Shown: positions 1 to 12,474 of the stretch, piece by piece
How positions within the stretch are numbered: the first letter of the stretch is position 1
Layout: the number at the start of each line of letters is the position of its first letter
From: Blepharisma stoltei ATCC 30299
Taxonomy: Eukaryota > Protista > Ciliophora
Assembly (NCBI GenBank): GCA_965603825.1
Contig: CBFDEM010000035.1
Coordinates: 310,001 to 374,000 of the forward strand
DNA: 64,000 bases
Reading direction: 5' to 3'
Notes under the pieces: model-generated
Seen by the model: only the letters and a program-made list of their open reading frames with translations
Told to the model about the DNA's origin: nothing
Databases searched by the model: none
Made by a program: the position numbers and the translations under genes

Positions 1-440
1 CCCAAGTCATATTTTTCTAATTCACTATCTGAATTTATAGTCAATGACTCTTTTAATTTTTCGAAACTTTTAGGAAATTCTCTTGCAGTTTTTCCTTTCA
101 TTATCCCCAAGGTGGCCAGAAGTTCGCTGGTATTTTCTTCTTTTATCATTGATTTAGCATGATCAGCGTTATAAGAAATCCCTCGAGCTGTATTGAGTGT
201 TTGAATATTTTTCGATCTATCTGTTGAAATTTTTCTATTTGCGATATTAGCAAGCAATCTTGTCTTAAATGCTTTATTCTCTAAATGAATTTTGAATTTT
301 TGAGACGATAAGCCTGGAAGTGATAATGATGGAGATAAATTCTTTTTGTCAATAGCACTACTTGTGCAGTTATCAGCTGAAGGAATCATAATCATAAATT
401 TTTTCTTATTTGTTGGGGTTACTTGCTGACCACTTTTCAT
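1..440 (-). CDS. Hypothetical protein, 5' part only (runs off window start)
   Basis: ATG at 440 opens a frame (MKSGQQVTPTNKKKF...ELEKYDL) with no stop down to base 1; not in the ORF track; no recognisable domain. Confidence 0.6.
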   Translation of the reverse strand, partial: MKSGQQVTPTNKKKFMIMIPSADNCTSSAIDKKNLSPSLSLPGLSSQKFKIHLENKAFKTRLLANIANRKISTDRSKNIQTLNTARGISYNADHAKSMIKEENTSELLATLGIMKGKTAREFPKSFEKLKESLTINSDSELEKYDL

Positions 441-690
441 ACCTTCCTAAAATAAAAATATTTTCATTTTAATTTAAGGCGTAAAACCGAAAAATGGATA
501 TTTTTTGTTATGATGCAAATAAAATCGAAATTGTCGTTTATTCATTTTAAGTGTCATTGAATAATTTTAGACAAGAGAATATTTTCTTGCATTTATTTTT
601 TGATTCTTATTAAATCTAGCTCAATTTTATGATATATTTTTAAGGTTGATAATTATATGGAAATAATGAATTATTTGGAAGTAATATTCA

Positions 691-2388
691 TTAAATTAAT
701 CTTTTTTCATAAAACAGAAAATAAGCTTGCGATTGTAAAACTTCTTGTAAATCAACTCTTGTATATATAGAATCATTAAATCGATATCAATGGCTTCCAC
801 GCTTGCAAAATGAATAATAATGCCCACCTTCTGTATTCCCCATATGAACTCCAACAGCAATCAAATCATATCTAGCCCTTTCATTGCTGTAATCAGTAAC
901 ATCAAGCACACTTTCAAAAGTGCATTCAACATTTGACTTCCTTGGGTACGGGCTGTAGGCGTTAGATACAAACCTCTTTAGCTGTATTAATAAATATGCA
1001 GGATTCCTCACAATCTTATATTGCTTATCAATATCAGTGACTTTTTTACATGATTCACATTTATATTGATTTTTTATTTTTTCCTTCGCAGTGAAATGCT
1101 CTAGACTTTGATTTAGACTTGGAGCCAGCTCTAAAGCTAGGAGTGTAAATGGCTCAAAAGCATCACTATTTTTATTGCATTTCATGCAAGTTACCCGACT
1201 AACAAACAATCCTGAAAATATTTCAACTAAAAATTTCGAGTGGTTGTCTTCATAATACCTTCATGGGTCACTGCCTCCATTAATTCTTTTCTTAGGTCCT
1301 TGCTCTCGATCAAGATCATCTAATAATTTTCTTAAAAATTCAGGAGCATCATGCTGGCGACCAGCTGGGAAGGTTAAAGCAAAAATCCTTCAAATTTCGT
1401 TTGGTCTTAAAATCCCTCCATTTTCTGATGCCTTTACAAATGCAGACATTGCATTTGATAAGGGTGTATCTGATCTTTGTGTAATGCTCTTCAGAAAATT
1501 GCAAAAAGGTAATACTGATAATAGGCACTGTAAAGTTGCGTTCATATAGCAATAAAACATTGGGTTTTCCAACCCAATGACACCTCTATCTCTTGAGACA
1601 GAAATAGGCCTTGACTGCTGAATATCATCTATTTGATTAAATTTAGATTTAAATTCACCGCTTGGCTTAGGTCCCAAAATTTGATTTTTTTGGAGGTGTA
1701 TAGTATCAGTTATTAGTGACGATCTTGACTTCGGCCTAGGAGGAATTTCATTTTTTTCTTGTTTTAATATTGTTCTTTGAGCTGGGATTAAATCTGGACT
1801 TCTTGACTCAGATGATATAGAAGACGTTGTTTCCTGATACAGCTGCTGAGGAATTTTTGGGGTGACAGCTGGCTGAAAAGATTTGACAGGCGGCATTGAT
1901 ATGTATCTGGAGTTTTTTAAATTCATTTCAACTGGAAAATTTTGTTTAGGCCTCTGACTTAGAGTAGTAACTTGATTTCTTTTGTCCTGAACTGAAATAC
2001 TTTTGATTTCCCCTGTGCCTTTCATGCTAGCTATGACTGAAGGAGGTTTCTGAAAAGATGTGCTGGTTTTTTTTAAACTATAAATATCGTGTGATGAACA
2101 AATCAAGGGAGGGTCTCCTCCATAAATTGAATATAAATATTCTCACTGCTTTTTATTTAACATTCTATAGTCGCGGGATGGTCTGAGACCTGGCTTAATT
2201 AATCCTTTACTATCAAGCAAATTGGAAGTTATGAGCTTGCCAGGTTTATGATCTCCTTTTGTGAAATTTATCCAATCTTTAAGTCACTCTATAGGCACAG
2301 CATAGCAGCCATCTAAATATCCTTCTTTTTCGTAATTAATTATCATGCTTCTTTCTGATTCTCGAGAATTGGTTTTAGACTTCTCCAT
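691..2388 (-). CDS. Ubiquitin-specific protease (C19/USP) with N-terminal DUSP domain, ~565 aa
   Basis: Track ORFs 2284-2481, 1390-2106 and 787-1209 share one frame, joined by TGA=Trp. DUSP-like YAVPIEW..DW...PG..DYRML..WEYLYSIYGG; Cys box GLENPMFYCYMNATLQCL; QHDAPEFL; His box HMGNTEGGHYYSF; W(TGA)YRFND...AYFLFY; TAA at 691-693. Confidence 0.93.
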
Positions 2389-2752
2389 TATTATATTTTT
2401 TGATGCTGCCCTGAGAATTTGAAATTTGATATAGCTTGAATTAGTAATCATTTTGGAGATCAATGAGATTTTATTTATCAAAATTATCAGTATTACTAAA
2501 ATAAATCATTTTTTCCTATGTTTTAAAATATTTTAATATTTTGTAGTATTGCGATCTAATCATTGAACTATCCTATTAAAAGATTCTTACTAACTTTAAT
2601 TTTTAATTAAATTCCTTATATTTTGTTTAGAGATTATTCTACCTGCAAATTGCAGAGGCAATAAAATATCAAGCATTGAAACTTCTTGATCATATTTCTA
2701 AAAAACTAGCAATAAATAATCGAGAGTGCTTGCTTAATTTTCAATCAAAAAT

Positions 2753-5700
2753 ATGCATAATATTTCTAATATGAACAAAGAAGATCGTGCAACCCGTTGG
2801 ACCAGATTGCTGAAATTAGACTCTTCTTCTCATAACCATCTCAAACAACTAAACGAAGACTTCAAGCGTGATCACCCAGACCAACTAAAAATCCATAATG
2901 ACTGTCAACAAATAAACAAAATGCTTCCTATGTTTGAAGAAGCCGAGTTGAAAGACTACCTCGAGCTCCTCCTCACTTATTACTGCAAAACCGAAAACAT
3001 TTCTTATATCTCCGGGATGCACGAAGTCTTAGCTGCTTTTTTTGTGCTCGGATTTAGTTCTCTTAAGACTGTCTACGCGGCATTTAGGGAATTTGTTAAA
3101 AAAATGATGCCACGTGTATTCAAAAAAGACTCTTCGCTTCCATATTCCTATAAAATCTTCTACAAGCTTTTACTATACCACGAGCCTGTCGAATGCAGCG
3201 CTTTGGATGGGAAAATGCTGCATCCTCAAGCCTATGCTGAAAGATGATTTTTGACTATGTTTGCTTCAGCCTTAAATATCAGCTTACTTTTAGCTTTTTG
3301 GGAATTTTGTCTGCAAGAAAATAATCCAACTTTGCCTTATTTTTTCGCCTTGGTATGTGTGAGTAGAATTAAAGAAAAAATTTTGTCCAAAAAAAACTTG
3401 TCGATGGGAGATGTCCAATTGTTTAGATTCTATATAAATGAGCTAGATGAGCTGGACGAGATTTGCCAAGAAGCTTTGGCGCTACAGCATCAGACTCCAT
3501 CAAGCTTTATTTCGATAATTGAAGAATTAGTGTTGCATAGACATTCTCCAGAGCAATGGGCTGTAGATATGATTGATAATTCTGTTTCGCTTCCAATTTT
3601 AAGCGAGGATGTGAAAATTCCTAAGCCAGGGCTATTTATAATTGATTTGAGATCCCTCGAAGAGTATATAGAAGGACACTATCCTCAAGCTTTTAATTTC
3701 CCTAAAAATTTGAACCTTACAACAGGTACTTTGTAACTTAGAGCAGAGGAGCTTTGGAATATCCTATCTGGGTTTTCAGCAAACTTTACAAGTACAACAA
3801 CAAGACCGTGCCATTTTGCCTTTTGTTCTGACACAAAATCAAGGCATATTCGGCATGCTTCAACTTTGTGTTTAGACGTAATAAGAAGAGGCATAGAAAG
3901 AGTTAGCATTCTTCCTAGTGGATATTCTGGAGAAAGCAAACATGATTGGGAACAGTGTCAATGATGTGAGCTTAATAGGGATTTGGTTATAAGCAGTGAA
4001 GGCAGCTCTGGAGCTGCCAGATGCAATCTCATTAGGATCAAAATGTGGAACGCTTTTTTGCATGAGGTTGGCTCTAAGTTTTCAACGCCTTTTTCGTCAC
4101 AAGCTTCATCGCCTAGATTTATAGAGCCATCAATCCCTCGAGCAATTCATATAAATACTCAGCCTTCAGATAGCTCTTCAAAACCCACAACCACTGCAAG
4201 GAGCACTGAAATCGATACTTCTTCATTTACAATACAAGATTCCCTTAAGCTAATGTGGACATCAGGAATTCAGGATAGCGAACATTGGTTTGAAGAAAGA
4301 AAAAATTTTGATTCAAGATGTGCGTTACATTGAGCCGAAGCTGGATTTTTAAAAGCGTTATTGATGGGTGATAAGCCTTCTCGCAAGATTGCCCTTGAAA
4401 GGCTAGAAATTGCTGAAAAAATTGCAGATGCCCATGTGAAGAGCACTGAAGCTGCAGGGAATCGGCTTTCAGGATTTAAAGGAAAAGGGAATCCAGAACT
4501 TATCTTTAACATCTTAAAAGAAGCTCAAAGTGCTAGAATGAATATAGCTGTGCTTGCTGAGGTTTATTTATTTAAAGCAGGAAGCGATATATTGCATAGA
4601 GATTATCCGAAAGGATCAATTCATTTCCGAAATGCCTGGAAACAGCATAAAATCTGTGCTGATTTAACTAAGCTTCATAATGATTTTGAAAAAAATTTGC
4701 CTCAAAATTATAAAGACCAGCTTGCTAGTGGTATTGAAGATGATATTGAAAATTTGCTGAATTATGAAGAAGGGATATTTTTACTGTCTTTATCTATGGC
4801 ACCGCCAAGCTTATTGAGGCTTGCAAAACTAGCTGGAATGGAAGCAAATCAATCCAAAGGTGTCCAATTACTTTATAAATGTATCAATTCTAAGCGAGGA
4901 ATGCGCGTTCCATTAGCTCTCATGTTTATGCTTTTTTGGTTACTAGTCTATATCCCTGAATTTGTGCCTGGAAAAGAAGAGAGATATAGGGAAGCAAATG
5001 AACTGATAAAATTTGGAAGTCACTATTATAATAAAAGCATTTATTTCTCATGGCTAGAAAGTTACATGCTTACAAAGCAAGGAAATTTAGAAAGATCGTT
5101 GAAATTGCTTGAGAGAGCGCTAATTTCGTGTGAAAAGCAAGGTCTTCCATTTAGGTCACCAAGACTTTTGTTCGAAAAAGGATGGGTTTTATTCCTGTGC
5201 CAAGAATGAGAAGAAGCACTAGCCTGTCTCCTTTCAGCATCTGACCATTCGCCTCCATCTCCATTCACTCAGCTCCTATTAGGAGCCTGTTCTTGTATGA
5301 CTGGACAGCTCGATCAAGCTGAAGAATGGTTTCAAGGCTTAGGAGACCTCAATTTAGAAAGAAGTACAATTGAAAGATGAATAGGAAGAAGAGCTAAAAG
5401 ATATCTAAATAGGCGCTGGTTTCAATTATTCCCTTATGAAATCATATATGTAACTGATTACCTCAACGGAATGAAGCGAGACTGGTTTGAGCACGCCTTC
5501 GACTTCCTATCCTCAATTGGTGTCCCTGAAATCCCAAGCCCAGAAAATTTAGGTAAAGGTGAATATCAAGAAACTGACGAATATTCATTGCTTTTACTAT
5601 TGCAAGCGTCAATCCTCAGAAATTTCGGAAGGCTAAGAGAAGCTGTGAAAATGCTTGAAAAGTTAACAAAATATCAGAGCTGGATTTTGAACGAAAAATG

Positions 5701-5893
5701 GGTAATTCCTCATGCTTACTACGAGCTTGGACTAGTATACATGAGAGGCAGGGACTGGAGGGCTGGGTCTGATATGTTCCTGAAAGCTAAAATGTATAAA
5801 AAATACGATTTTAGAAGATCTTTAAATTTCAAGCTAAATGCCGCTTTAGAGTTTATAGCGCAAGAAGAGAGCAAAGAAAATAAGAGAGGATAA
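2753..5893 (+). CDS. TBC1D23-like TBC + rhodanese domains fused to a TTC39/IML2-like TPR region (needs a small intron over TAA 3734-3736)
   Basis: All track ORFs from 2753 to 5893 share one frame. TBC: IHNDCQQ..LLTYYCK.NISY; rhodanese: IIDLRSLEEYIEGHYPQAFNFP ... HFAFC ... RGIERVSILPSGY; TTC39-like C-terminus PHAYYELGLVY..AKMYKKYDF..LNFKLNAAL. The only non-TGA stop is TAA at 3734. Confidence 0.7.
3726..3743 (+). other. Candidate tiny intron (GT at 3726; AG at 3741 gives 16 nt, AG at 3743 gives 18 nt)
   Basis: gtactttgtaacttag(ag) covers the in-frame TAA. Only the 18-nt version keeps the frame (NLNLTT|AEELW). Confidence 0.55.
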
Positions 5894-5937
5894 TATTTGA
5901 AATATATATTTCCCTTAATTCTTCAGAAAATAATAAA

Positions 5938-7137
5938 ATGGAAAACACCCAAGAAAATTCAAGCATTGATGCAAAGTCAAAAAATTCTTCGAATCCAGAG
6001 CCTAATAAATCAAAACCACAGCCAAAAGAAGTACTAAAGCAGAGGCTTATGTTTGCAGTTTTATCTGTATTAAATAAGCAATGCAAGGTCATTACGAAGT
6101 CAGGGAAAAGCCATCAAGGGCGTTTACATAGTTACACATCTGAGGGAGCTTGCTTGCTAGATTGCAAGTCTGAAGACGGAATTATGCCGAAACAAAAATT
6201 TTTGATGAGTGATATTTTATCACTTGAGTTTAAGGGCATTTCAGTAATTTCCTATCGAAAATTCAAGACAGATAAAGAAATTTCAAGAGCAAGGACAAAC
6301 AAAGAAAGAGAATTAGAGAAGTTTGAATGTGAAGGCGAAGAAGATATGCTGGAACAAAACAATACTAAAGGCTGAAATCAGTTCGAATTCAATGAAAAAA
6401 ATTTTGGTGTCAAAAGTACTTATGATGAGAAATACTACACAACAAGCTTGGTGAGTGAGCACGAATTGACTGAAGAACAAATTAGGAGAGCTCGCAAAGT
6501 TGAGATGGAGCTAGAAGGAAGCAAGGGGGATGAAGCATTAGAAGACGATGAAGAGGCCATGTTTGGAGCTGTCCGTGGATCCGGGAGATACAAAAATGAA
6601 AAAAAATCAAAAAATAAGAAAAATAAGCAGAATGCACAGGAAAAAAGCGAAAGTCAACCTGCAGAAAGTCAAAGCCCAACCCAAACCTCGGGTGGAAATT
6701 TAGGCCAGAACTCAATAGTCACAGGAACTCCTAAAGACCATTACAAACAAGTCAGAAAGGAGCTCGTTCAGCCAAAGCTGGAGAAATATTCAAATGTAGG
6801 CGAATCTGTAGGATCACTCAATTTAATACTTGCAACACCTGAGCTCCCAGAGGAAGTGAAAGATGAGTTTTCTAGGTTTAAGAGATCCAAAGAAAAGAGC
6901 ATTTCTAGGGAAGAAGTTGCAGAAAGCTTCAAGGATTTTTCGAAAAAGCTTGATTCGAAAATAAGGACTTGGTCAAGAGTAAGAGTTATTTAGAAAAATA
7001 GTGAAATCACTGAAACATCAAAAGAGTCAATTGAAAGCACTATAGCGTTACCGCTCAAGCCTCCAAGCCTAATTATGGGGTATTTGGAGAATTGGGCTAG
7101 CTCGGAAAGAGATACAGAATATGCGCGATGGAGCTAA
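5938..7137 (+). CDS. Ataxin-2/PBP1-like protein (LSm + LsmAD), one 15-nt intron
   Basis: LSm-like N-terminus (RLMFAVLSVLNKQCKVITKSG..G); FKTDKEIS; LsmAD W(TGA)NQFEFNEKNFGVKSTYDEKYYTTSL..A..E..DDEEAMFGAV; after the intron the frame runs to TAA 7135-7137. Confidence 0.88.
6979..6993 (+). other. 15-nt spliceosomal intron
   Basis: gtaagagttatttag; GT..AG, A 6 nt from the 3' end, contains the in-frame TAG; removing it extends the ORF by 47 sense codons. Confidence 0.85.
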
Positions 7138-7641
7138 TTAATAGTCTAAATAAGAGTACATCTTTTCTCCTGTTGTTTGTTAGCAATGCTAAAATTATGA
7201 AGTAAGCTATTAATTTGAACCTAAAGCTATCAATAATGAAATAAAGTAGCAATTTAGTATATGACGGTAATTATCTTAAAATGCATCTGAAAGTTTATAG
7301 CGCTTGCAAAACCCAGAATGTTATATCTCCTGAAAAGTTAAGCCATATTTAATAACACTCGAACAAATTATTATATAGAAATTCGGCATTGACTCCAATA
7401 AAGATTTTCAAGTTGAATTTTAACTAAAAATTATTTTCATAAAATTAGCATGTCTTTTATTCATAAATTTTATCTTTTGACATTTATTTTCAGCACTTCG
7501 ACAGCTTATCTTTCAATTATATTAGTGTCGAGCTTCCAATTTCAGCTGTAAATTAGCTGGCTTTTGAAGGGGTACTCTCTCTTGAATGAATATTTTAGGG
7601 GGACTATTATCGAATAATTTTTATTGCGGGATATCCAGCAA

Positions 7642-9450
7642 ATGAGCACTAAATATAAAGAAAAATCTAAAATTGCTAAAGAAAAAAAGTATTCAGACAA
7701 TGAGGAAGAAGAACGTGAAAATTTAGAAGCTAGGAAAACTGAAATTCAATTAGATGCGATACCTGTAAATGGTTTCTATAAGACAGAGTGCTTTTCTAAA
7801 GGCTCTATTATGGTATGCAAAGATAGAAATCAGTTAATGACCATGATTAAGACGATGTGCAGCAACGATAACACTATAGTAAGAGGTGTCTTAAAGCATG
7901 GTCTCATGTGCATATTCCATTGTTATTTTGCTAACATACACAAATATATGAGGTTTCCTTCATTCGCACCTGAAACTCCTTGTCCATTTCGTATGGTTTG
8001 ATGCGCCAGAAAGAATAAATCACATTTAACTGAGTTTTATTGTAAAGAAATAAACCCTTACCACAACCACCCACAATTTACACAATCAGAAATTGAAAGA
8101 TTCACCGACAACTCTTCTATGCCTGCTAATATTAAAGATGAAATTATGCAGTTGTATAAGCAAGGATTTGATCAACTAAATATTTATGCAGCACTTAAAG
8201 AAAGCTACCCAAACCTTAATCTTACTCACAAAGCCATTAATGTGTTTATAGAAGGAGAGAACAGGAAAACCAGACTTGCCATGACTTATCAGGAAGTTAT
8301 TTTGAGAAATATTGCTGAAGATGGAATGACAATAATAAATAATCCTAAGAAAGAAAGAATTTTTGTTACAAGTAAAGATCGAGTTTTAACTTGAAATTCT
8401 ATGGCTGATATTTTATTTATTGAGACTTCACAGCAAATCCACCCTTATTTTGGGTCATGCATTTTAATATTAACTGTTGATAAGCATGGCGCAAACTGCT
8501 TACTTGCTGCATCATTTTCTAAAGAAGCAAAGGAAGATAACTATCTTTGGGCATTCAACAAATTCAAAGCTCAAGGCTTTTTAGACCCTCTAACAATTCT
8601 AACAGATTCCAATGGAATTCAATACAGTGCAATAAAAGAGTGTTTTCCAAGCAGCACTATCTTATTTAGTTTCATGATGCTTGCCAAAAGTGCAGACCTC
8701 GATGTCCCAAGAAAAGGCCGATTTATAGCCTCCAAATTAGCCACTCTTATTAAAACAGACACTGAGCAAGAGCTCACCGAGATTTGACTTAAATTAATGA
8801 CTGATTTTCCTCATTTACTTAGTAATGAAAAGCTGCTCCAAATTTACGATCAAAAAGAGCAATGGGCGAAATATTCCACAAGCAACTTCTTTACAGCTGG
8901 GCTATGCAATAATAAACGATTGAAATGCATGGAAACTTGTACAAAAGAAATATTAAAAAGTGTCAAAAGAGACTTAAACATCAAAATTTTTTCTCAATAT
9001 GAGTATATGTCTAAAAAAGATGAAGGGGCTATATCTGTGAAAAACGTTAGCTTAAAAAATGTAAGAATTCTAGAAGAGCTATTACTTCATGTCAATGGAG
9101 TTCAGTTTATTTTCACGGATTACTGCATACTACGAGTATTGACTGCAATTAAAGACCTCGAGTACTGCAGTTTGTGCTCCATTGTAGAAGATGATATTGT
9201 TGAAATCGGAGACGCGAGCGGAAAGCAAATAAAAATATTTGAAGTAAATCTAGATTTTCACCTTTGCACTTGCAAAAGAACTATGAAATATGGGATACCT
9301 TGTACTCATATGCTTTATGTTTGCCGAGGAAGAAAAGTAAACCTTTTTCAATACATTCTTGAGAATACCTCTAAAAGATGGCTTTTAAGCGAAAATGTCG
9401 GTTTAACGAATGAACAGCTACTAGAAAAAGCAGTAAAAATGCAAAAATAA
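7642..9450 (+). CDS. Domesticated Mutator/MULE transposase-like protein (FAR1/WRKY-GCM1-like Zn finger, MULE domain, SWIM), ~602 aa
   Basis: Four track ORFs in one frame joined by TGA. CPFRMVW...HNH; DILFIETS..Y..ILILTVDKHG..LAASF..E....YLWAF..F....P.TILTD....AIKECFP; SWIM CTCKRTMKYGIPCTH. No flanking TIRs seen. Confidence 0.88.
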
Positions 9451-9547
9451 ATAATTATTACTTGTCTTTGATTAATTAAATAGAAATTTATATGAGCATG
9501 AATAACTACCAATTTGTATTAAGTTTCATAAGAAAAATTCAATATAA

Positions 9548-12397
9548 ATGGAGAACGAAGAAGCTTTATTCAATGATGAAGTTTCAGATGGAGTAGATGC
9601 CCTCAATTTGAAATGGGTAGTAGGCTTCAATAAAGACATAATCTGCGGCGTGCATAACTTGACCTCTGAGAACCGAACAGAAATTTTCTATACTGCAGCT
9701 CATACAGGTGTCATTTACAATTACATCACCCGCGAGCAAAAACTTCTTCAAGGCCACTGCAACAAAATTTCATGCTGCACAGTTTCTGCAGACAAGCGCT
9801 GGATTGTTACAGCAGATTTAGGAGAAGATGCACTGATGGTTGTTTGGGATTCTCTAACCGCTACCCCAGTTAAAACAATTGCAAGTCCTCATGGTAAAGG
9901 TGTTTACTGCATTGACATCTCTAGCGATCCTCGCTACATAAGCACTCTTTCCCGTTCGTCCCCACAAGAAATCGCAGTTTGGGACTGGAGCCGCGATGTA
10001 GAAGACTCGAATGATGCAATAATCGTCTCTGGAGAAGTCCCATTCACTGCAGATTCCGATGAAGGGCTTCACTATAGTTTGAGGTTCAATACTTCTAATA
10101 TTTCAGAAATCGCCACTAACAGTGCAAAATCTGTGCTCTTTTGGCAGTGGGACGAAGATGAACAAACATTAAGGTACGATGACAATGAAAAAGAAATGAA
10201 ATCATTTTTTAGGCAGAGCATTGAAGCCTTAACACAAACTGTCTTTATTCCTAACACCACACAAGCTGTTACTGGCACTAAAAGTGGCCAAATTGTTGTG
10301 TGGGATATGAGCTTTATTATGGAAACTGACTCAAACCCAGAACAGAGAAGGCCGATCAAAATTGTGCAGCTTGTGAACACTGAAGCAACATTTTTGACAA
10401 CACAAGGGGATTATTTGGTTGTAGGGTCAAAAGATGGGGCAGTTAGGTTTTATGACCAAAGGTTTACAGTTGAAGCTTGGTTCGAGCATATTAATGCTGA
10501 AAATATTTTGAGCATTTCTTTTGCAGACTTACCACCGAGGAGTTGTAAAGAAGAATTGGCTAAGCGTGGTGAAGATTCTACGAGCAATTTTGCATGTCCA
10601 GATTTTATTGTTGCTTCTGATAATGCTAAGATTGTGGAATTGAAGTCAACATTCTTTGAAGAAGTCCCTCCTGCAGGTGAAGAAGAAACTTTTGTACAAG
10701 GGACTATTCTTGTGAAAGGAATGAGATACCCTGTCAACGCAGTAGCAGTTCATCCCAAAAAGCCTTGGGTTGCTTTTGCAGGTGGAGATGGGGAGCATAG
10801 CTATATTTATGTTTGGAATCATAGAACAAGGCTGCGTCAAAAATTCAAGCCAGTCAATGGCAAGAAAATTTTGCGAGAGTATAGTAAAGAGCCTCTTTGT
10901 CTAGAATATTCTCCAAATGGTGACTTTTTGTGTGTTGGCTTTAAGGATGGCACATATTTACTTTTAGACTCAGAAAATATTAATGGTGAGAGACAGCCTC
11001 AAATAAAATACACAGACAAAGCAAGGGATATATTAAGAATCATTTTTTCTCAAGATGGACTAGCCATGGCAATCGCAGACAAAGAAAATAAAGTTGCACT
11101 GTTTAAGTGGGAGCATAAGAAAAATAACCCAGACAACCCTATGGAGTGGGTGCACTGCGGTTCTCATAAATCCCACTATAAGCCAGTCACTGGCCTAGCA
11201 TTTGGTACTAGCATTGATGAAAACGACAGAAACTTGCTAAGGTTTTTTTCTGTTGGAGAAGACCGCAGACTTATTGAGTACGACACAAACTCAACAGAAG
11301 CTACTCAATTGCAAATTTTAAGTGTGAATAAAATAGATCAAGAAAATAAGCCCACTTGCTGCATTTGGTATCCAGTGAGTACAGGAGAAGATTTGCTACT
11401 TACAATGAATGATGCTTTTAAGGTCAAGCTGTGGAACGCTAACAATAAAGATTGCAGGCTGACTTGTCTTGGCCCTACATCAGGTGGCCCAGTCACCAAA
11501 ATAAAGCTTATTGTTAAAAGCAAAGACAAGCAGTCCACAATCGATCTTCCGGATTATTACCTAGCCTACTCAACAGCTGAAAAAATTATTGGACTTATTA
11601 AACTTCCATTAGATGGGAATCCAAACAAAACTATGGGTCTCATCGGACATCCTGGAGAGATTTCAGACATCGCAGTTTCTGGAGACTACAAGTTCATGTT
11701 TACAACAGGAGGCAAAGACTTGTGTGCTAATATGTGATTTATCGCTGAAGAAGCTATTGAAAGGCAAATTGCCCTTGGCGGCTCTGGAGAAGAGCCTTTC
11801 CAAAACATGATAGAAGGTGGGAAAAATGGAAAGGCTTATAAAGATATGAAAGACTTTTTTTATTACTCACAAATCAGATCTAAAAAAGAAAATACAACCA
11901 AAGCAAGGAAGCTTGAAGGGACAGTTCCATTAGAAGAAATTGGCTACTTGATGAGGGCTATGGGGTATTATCCAAGCCAGCAAGAAATTGATAACATGAT
12001 GAATGAGGTGAAATATAGCAAATTCACGAATACAGGAAAAGTTGTCAATTCTTTAGACATGGATACTCTTTTAAGGGTTTTTGTAAACCATAGACCAGTT
12101 TATGGGGTTGATAGAAATGAAATTAAAGAAGCTTTTGAAGTGATATCTGGAGGCAGAGGAGTTTTATTGAAAGATGATCTTTTTGAGCTGCTGTTTACCA
12201 AAGGAGAGCCAATGAATGAAAGAGAACTGAGAGGATGCTTAACTAGCTTGTTGATGCCTGTAGGAGGATCAGCTGAAAGCATGATCCCGAACGAAATTAC
12301 CCCAGATTACTTCTTGGAAAAGATTTTAGGCTTCGAAGAAGTCGCTGAAGAAGAAATAGAAGCTGAGTCTCAGTTAGTCTTTGAAAATGAGTCTTAA
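9548..12397 (+). CDS. CFAP251: Cilia- and flagella-associated protein 251 (WDR66), WD40 + degenerate EF-hands
   Basis: LNLKWVVGFN..HTGVIYNY..QKLLQGHCNKI; LPLDGNPNKTMGLIGHPG; DFFYYSQIRS..LMRAMGYYPSQQEIDNMMNEVK..FVNHRPVYG; one TGA=Trp at 11735. Confidence 0.92.
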
Positions 12398-12474
12398 TAA
12401 CTTAATAAGCTGCTATACGCTATTTATTATAATTATCCAGGATTCATGCAATTAATTTGAAAAGCTCTATAAAA

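Noticed and set aside
3727-3740. 12-bp TA..TA segment as a micro-IES removing the TAA
   Set aside because: Very short, TA pairs are frequent in AT-rich DNA, and a GT..AG intron explains it more simply.
7140-9547. Active MULE element with TIRs and TSD
   Set aside because: No inverted termini found, only 97 bp to the next gene, and catalytic residues are altered.
9854-10840. Antisense track ORFs within CFAP251 (likewise within PIKfyve, patatin and the coiled-coil gene)
   Set aside because: Shadow frames of real genes with no recognisable motifs.
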